From contig RDEW01000049.1 in the NCBI GenBank assembly GCA_011109175.1, positions 341,887-399,691 on the forward strand: a stretch of 57,805 nucleotides of DNA, written 5' to 3'. The DNA is from Dicyema japonicum. Lineage: Eukaryota; Animalia; Dicyemida. Both the position numbers and the translations under genes were made by a program. Below, piece after piece: positions 52,282 through 57,805 of this stretch. The number at the start of each line of letters is the position of its first letter. The stretch's first letter is position 1. Below the pieces are notes generated by a model. The model searched no databases and had not been told where the DNA came from. It saw only the letters and a list, made by a program, of their open reading frames with translations.

Positions 52282-52500
52282 TAATATGATAGAATAACAG
52301 ATTATCCTTTGAAAAATGATAGAATTGCGGATTATCCTTGGTAAATGATAGACTTGCGGATTATCCTTGGTAAAATGATAGAATTGCGGATTATCCTTGG
52401 TAATATGATAGAATTGCGGATTATCCTTGGCAAAATGATAGAATAGCGGATTATCCTTGGTAAAATGATAGAATTTAGGATTATCCTTGGTAATATGATA
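52282..52500. repeat. 30 bp minisatellite, ~7 units (TAAAATGATAGAATTGCGGATTATCCTTGG); related unit(s) at about 51425-51468
   Basis: Direct inspection; one unit is 29 bp; no spacers. Confidence 0.95.
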
Positions 52501-53176
52501 AACTGCTTGATTTAATCCAACCAGGATATCAGTTTTTATATCCTGCGCTGCACTTTTAAGGGTGCCTTTCGAGAGTATCTCTGAATAAACTGGACAAAAC
52601 TGGACTTTCCCAATTTGAGATCTTCTCAACTTTTACGTCCTCTTTTTGATCTACTCTCAATTATCCATTGCAGGTACTCCCTTATCCCAAGATCTAGCAA
52701 ACGCCATTTAATGTGAGTTGAGAGTTCCGCTTTCCACTTTATTGCCCTTGTCACGTCCTTCTTTGATCATTGACATCAATGTGCTGCATTCATTTTCAAC
52801 CCATCCATTTCTGTACTCAACCTGAATGGTTTCTAGCGTCTTTATCATTGCATTGCATCATTGTATTCCTCGTCCCCTACATTAAAATTGCTATGGACGA
52901 TTTCACACTGGTAGGCCTATATTTTTACTCTTTAGTTAAAACTGGATGCGGATTAAAAAGGATTGTGTCAAATCAGCTGTAAATATCATTTATCCTATTA
53001 ATTCAAATGTCTTTTTTATGGTCACAACTGGATGTTTGGACACTACTACATAGATATGTTTAACCTTCAAAGTGATCATTTGGTGGTTATTTGACCGAAT
53101 AATCATCTTTGATAACAAAAAGCATATTGGCGTTAAAATTGACTATATAAGAAAACACCCGGGATAACAGTTCATT

Positions 53177-53900
53177 ATGCCGACGACTATCATGGCTTCC
53201 ATTTATAATGGTACTCTCCTAATTGGTGCGGACAAGCGCAATGACCTATCTGCCATTAATATTGGAATGTAGTTCTCTATTATAGTGTAGACTATGGATA
53301 CATCTACAATAACAAACTCTCAGAAGTCGAAAATGTGATCGTTGGACAATCGGGCGACTGTATACATGTAGCGCCATGGTTTATCACATGGAAAAATATA
53401 TAACGTACAATTTCTTATATTGTTTTAGGAATTATCAATCAATGCATTATGTCGACCCAGCGGTCAAACAAATTGTGGAAAATTTGTCGAAAGAGCAAAA
53501 TTTCTGGACGAGATCTTTCTCTGTAAATTAGATTTTATCATTTTAGAAACTTGTTGTGGGGATATACCAAAGAAAATCAAAGTTACGAAACTTTTTGAAA
53601 TATCGAGCGATTGATATTTCAAAAGCGTAACGTTTTCCGCAATTGGGTCAAGAGCAATTGTGATCCGCGACGACTTTGAGAACGAGTATTTAATTAATAT
53701 AATTTTACAGACTTGCTCTAAAAGAAACTCGAAAAAGCCGAACTTTTTCAATAATGTTCAAGTTTTTGTGCCGTGCATCCAATTACGATGTTCATACTGG
53801 GGGTTTGGGCCGAGTTAATTAATTTGGTTGATTGATAGTTATTTACGCAACAGAGGAGGAAAAATCCGAAAAAAGAATGCTCACTCGAAATGATTTTTAA
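53177..53900 (+). pseudogene. Divergent proteasome beta-subunit-like pseudogene with introns
   Basis: MPTTIMASIYNGTLLIGADKR (Ntn N-terminus); GQSGDC; FSAIGS; RASNYDVHTGG; micro-introns retained; several frameshifts and a TGA. Confidence 0.6.
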
Positions 53901-54319
53901 CTCTAATTTTTTTAATACAATTTTCATTTTCCTTCCTTTTTAAATTACCAAAGATAATTCGCTATTCTATATCAGATTACCGATATTCTATGTCACGGGT
54001 TGGATAATCCTTCTTAAAAATTTATTAAAATCAGATGGGAATATCCCACTAATGGAATTAAGTCGAGTTATTCTATTTTTTTATCAATATTTTGATTGAA
54101 TAAATTTTAACAAAACTCGGCAAAATTCACATCACCAATCTTTCCCAATTAATAACGTATTCTATTACATTCTACACTTTTTTGGATAATATCCGCTCAA
54201 CGTTATTTAAAAAAAACATAATATTTTTCCAGACTAATTTTCATTGGATCTTTTGATTCTCTTAATTATTTAGTAATTTATTAAAGTTTTTTTCGAATTA
54301 ATTTGCAGATTTGTTTTGG

Positions 54320-55355
54320 TTTTTTAATTTGAATTTTATTAATTAATAACCAAAAAGTAAGGAACAAAAGGCAATCAGCTACTAGCCGCCGAGAGAATTG
54401 AGAAACTGTTCCCCCTAAGTACGGCTATTGAGACGCGCTCAAAAAGCCGACTGAGCTCGCGGGGGTCGTTTCTAATTTTCCCGAGATGGCGGACTCTCTC
54501 GGTGAAGAAACCTAGTGCGCCTGAGGTTTCGACTGACACAGCTTTGAAGAAGAATCTGTCCAAAAGGGATCCGTATTTGTTGGTTTTGCGAATCTCCGCT
54601 TTGGTCGCCGCTTTCCAGGCCTCGGTCGCAGACGCGAGAGACATGTTGACGCAAAATGTCAGAGCATATCGCGTCCCAGACGATCGATTTACCCCACTTG
54701 AACTGGAAAAGCGAGACGCCGTCTGGCCTCTTACCATTTTTCGTGTTAAGACCAGGGCTCCAGGTGGCACGGATGCCATTTGCCTCCAGCAGACGTTTTA
54801 CGATGCTGTTAAGCTCTACGTACCTGGACATCTTCCCAGAGATTTTACGGCAAGAAAGCGGGTGTAGGCCCCGCAGCGGCATTTGTGAGGCTGGCAAAGT
54901 CCAAGCCGAGTCGAAGAGATATTCCGATTGTTAAGCACTCTGAGTCCAGCCAGGTTCCGGCTGCCGGGGGAGGATACGCGTTAATCCAAGCGCCGGTCCG
55001 TGGAAAAGCTCCAGACAATAGGCAAGCACGCCGGTGTTGATCACCGTGAGACAGTAAGTTGCCGGAAAAACTGAGAGCTGCTCGCCTCCGTCCACTCGCG
55101 CATTTGGCATAGGTCTTGGGGAGTTTCTAGTCCGCTAGCTGTCCACAACGATGTGCCGTATGAAAGCTCTTCGTCCGTAAGCGATCCAGAGGGAGGAGGA
55201 AGGATCTGGACTACGAGAGGCCTGCATCGGTGAGAGGAGGAAAGAAAGCATGGCAAGGAGAGTGCAGAGGAGGCCTGAAATCCGAGACCGCCGTACCTAA
55301 TAGGCAGGATAGCTTGTTTCCAGCCCATGTCGTCAAAATGAACGTTAGAAACCCG
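54320..55355 (-). mobile_element. CRE-F, 5'-truncated
   Basis: LPIRYGGLG; HPLSCRKISG; KRPDG; VSIAVLRGNS; A-run. Confidence 0.88.
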
Positions 55356-55359
55356 AACG

Positions 55360-55620
55360 AAGGTGCTTCGGTTCAATCTTTTTCAGGAATACTTGGTGTT
55401 CTTTTGAAAACTTGTTGTAGGATATAGATGTGTAATATTTTATTAGTATGTCTGGTTTTAATGTAGACTTCGACTTTTCTCTCTGGGGAAGGTCTTTTGA
55501 TGTTTTTGATCCACTTCCACACTCTTTGCATTGGGGGGTTTTTGTAGAGAGCTTTCGATAGTCTCGTCCATCTATTTGCATTTTCTGTCTTTATGTTGTT
55601 GTCGATCTCTTTGTTCAATT
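55360..55620 (-). mobile_element. LINE APE-RT linker fragment between CRE-F and CRE-G
   Basis: NRWTRLSKAL..RVWKWIKNIK. Confidence 0.4.
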
Positions 55621-55624
55621 CTCG

Positions 55625-56260
55625 AAACAAGGAAGAAAGAACACGGTCAAAAGACACATCCTGCTGCACGCTTGATGGAGTGTGCATTGCTGCGAACGAC
55701 AGCTATTCCGATTTGTTGGAACAACCAAACCACTTCCCGAGGCACCCCACGACGCATAGCGACTTTACCTCCGACTTCTTTGATGAAAGAAGTCGTTAGA
55801 GAGGCCGGTTTCCCCAGATGTCTCAACAGCGATAGGAATAAAGCGATATCGTTGTCCGATATTCGCATATTAGCAATTTTTCTTTGTTTTGCAGAATCTG
55901 CAGCAGAACCCGGAGAAACAGCAGAAGAGACCATGTTAGTTTTGGAATGGGTGTCAACACACGTTAAATCCCCAGCCAACGATTTCCCACAGAAGTATGG
56001 AAAGGTGGGGTCTTTTCCCATCTCCACGATCTAGGCCACAGGCACTAGCACCGAGGGAAGCCCGCTGACTCAAGAGCTCGTAAGATAACATTGTTAACAG
56101 AGGAGTGCCGAGGAGCTCGCCCAGTACTTCGTTTGGAAGAGAGTGGATGGATACCTTCTACGTCAACTATTTTTCCACATCTGCAACAATGTTGTTCGCA
56201 GATGTCAAGTCCAAATCTCAGTGCAGTACCGATTCGCATGCAGTCATCCTAATAATGTTC
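55625..56260 (-). mobile_element. CRE-G, 5'-truncated RLE region
   Basis: MRIGTALRFGL; HPLS..GRAPRH; GDLTCVDT; QIGIAVVRSNA. Confidence 0.88.
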
Positions 56261-56559
56261 CGAGGCCTGACTGTCTGACACGCTAGAAAACTGACTGTCT
56301 GACACGCTGAATAGCGTGGCCCGTTCAATAAAACAACTCATTGGCAGTTTCCAACTGTTTAACGCTTAATAAATAGCACTAAATGTATAAAATAGTGCTG
56401 ATTCTCGCATCTCTACTGGGCGTGGACTTTTAATTGCATTATAATTAAACAAGCAAAAGCTCACTGCGATTGGTGGAGTGTATTGTCGTCATCTTTTCGA
56501 CGTACTACTGTCATTCGAAGAGGGACTAATGAATAATGAGGAGACAGAGAAAAGTGGAA

Positions 56560-57805
56560 TACAAAAATATATTATTGTGCGTCTCTCCTCATGCGGGAAT
56601 AAAGAATGCTGGTGACAAACTCGTGGTTAACACCGTACTTGTCCAAGTCACTATCCAATGGGAGAGCTAGGAAGTAAGCGGACATTGGCATACTGTGGTC
56701 GGTGGTGGTGTCAGTAGGACTGGACTGTCCCCTCAAATAGGCGAGCACTGTGAATAGAAAGAGAGGACAAACTGCCGCGCGTGTGTTGTTGGATGAATGT
56801 GCGAGTGTGTTGAGGGGGAGTCCACTCGGGGTTGTTCTCTGGAATATGAGAGTGAGGGGACGGAGAAGGCGAGGAGTGATATTTCGAGCTTATCGTGGGA
56901 GTAGTGTGGTCGGGGGGATATGGAGGAGGGCGTAGTCGAGGACATCCCCGGCAGTGTGTGTGCGGACAGTGTGATCACAGACAAAGTGTACAAGACGGGG
57001 GATTTGATGTCTGAAGGAGAAGAGGAGGAAGAAGGGGGCAGTGAAGGGGGCGGCGACTTGTTGTATCAAGTACATCTAGTAGTTGTAAGAGTGAGGAGAA
57101 CGAGCTGTGATTGGAAGAGGAGTGTGAACTGTCGTAAGTGTGTAGTGGTTGTTGGTGGTCGGGGGTGAAGTGATATAGGTGGGCGACAATGTGGTGGAGG
57201 GTGTGTTGTGGATTGGTGGATGTGTCGGACTAGGGTGGGGAGGGGGCCAACCTGTCGACTACTGGCGAATGCATAGACGGCAGCTGTAATGTGAGTGTGA
57301 GGACAGACTGGTGATGGCAATGGCGGTGACAATTCGGGGGACTTGGAGAATGGTGTCGTGGACGAGTGTGAGTACAAAGAACAAGAGAAGGACTGCCCCC
57401 GCGAAGTAAGTGGCGTGTCTAGGGGGAGTGGGGTTGAATATATTCAGTCCACCTTGCCAACACACCGAGGAGGGGGGAACGAAAGCACTGAATATATTCA
57501 TTGGCGAAGGGGTAGGCCGAGGCGAGTCGTTCCTCCAATTCGTGGTCCAATTCGGAGTAGTTGCGGAGGGAGTAGTAGGCAATGCGCGTCCTGTGAGTGA
57601 GTGGTGAGGACAGACCAGCGGTGTCGGAATATACTGGGAAGGAGCCCGGCGAATCATCTAGACTAGTCAGGCAGACACACCTCGGCATATTCGAAGCACA
57701 CGTACAACAGTTGGACGACAAAGAGCAAGGGGACAGCAGCAGGCCGACCAAGCACATGACACCAGCCGTGTTCTAATTCTGGCATATTGGGGAGGGGTAC
57801 GTTCT
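56560..57805 (-). mobile_element. GC-richer, highly degenerate segment, possibly a LINE endonuclease region
   Basis: Abrupt composition shift; THTAGDVLDYAL resembles the APE C-terminal motif; runs off the window edge. Confidence 0.3.

Noticed and set aside
52282-52500. CRISPR array
   Set aside because: Units are contiguous with no unique spacers, and the context is eukaryotic.
1248-57757. Many antisense and alternate-frame ORFs in the track (e.g. 1427-1711, 33627-34175, 55531-56034)
   Set aside because: They are shadows of GC-richer CRE coding sequence with no independent motifs.

Overview
AT-rich eukaryotic DNA in the standard genetic code. Host genes carry tiny (mostly 21-28 nt, commonly 23 nt) GT-AG introns that the ORF track misses. 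With metazoan-type domains and transposons, this suggests a micro-intron animal parasite (myxozoan-like; inference, dicyemid or orthonectid not excluded). Host genes: an intact mago nashi; four paralogous prodomain-less M12B (reprolysin-type) metalloprotease genes, one essentially intact; an M12B plus tandem C-type-lectin-like gene; and a proteasome beta-like pseudogene. The rest is mostly nested transposons: about ten CRE-clade (RT plus restriction-like endonuclease) copies from several families, R4-like, RTE, L1/Tx1-like and 2A-bearing APE LINE relics, pogo/Tigger and hAT elements, and a tRNA-derived SINE. Most notable: (1) a CRE insertion with a complete twin-priming signature; (2) a compact ~3.1 kb PHD-finger CRE lineage that makes 10-13 bp TSDs without a shared target sequence; (3) a GT-TG micro-intron shared by two protease paralogs that could decide between anchored and secreted enzyme. 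All calls come from manual reading; no searches were run, and coordinates of degenerate relics are approximate.
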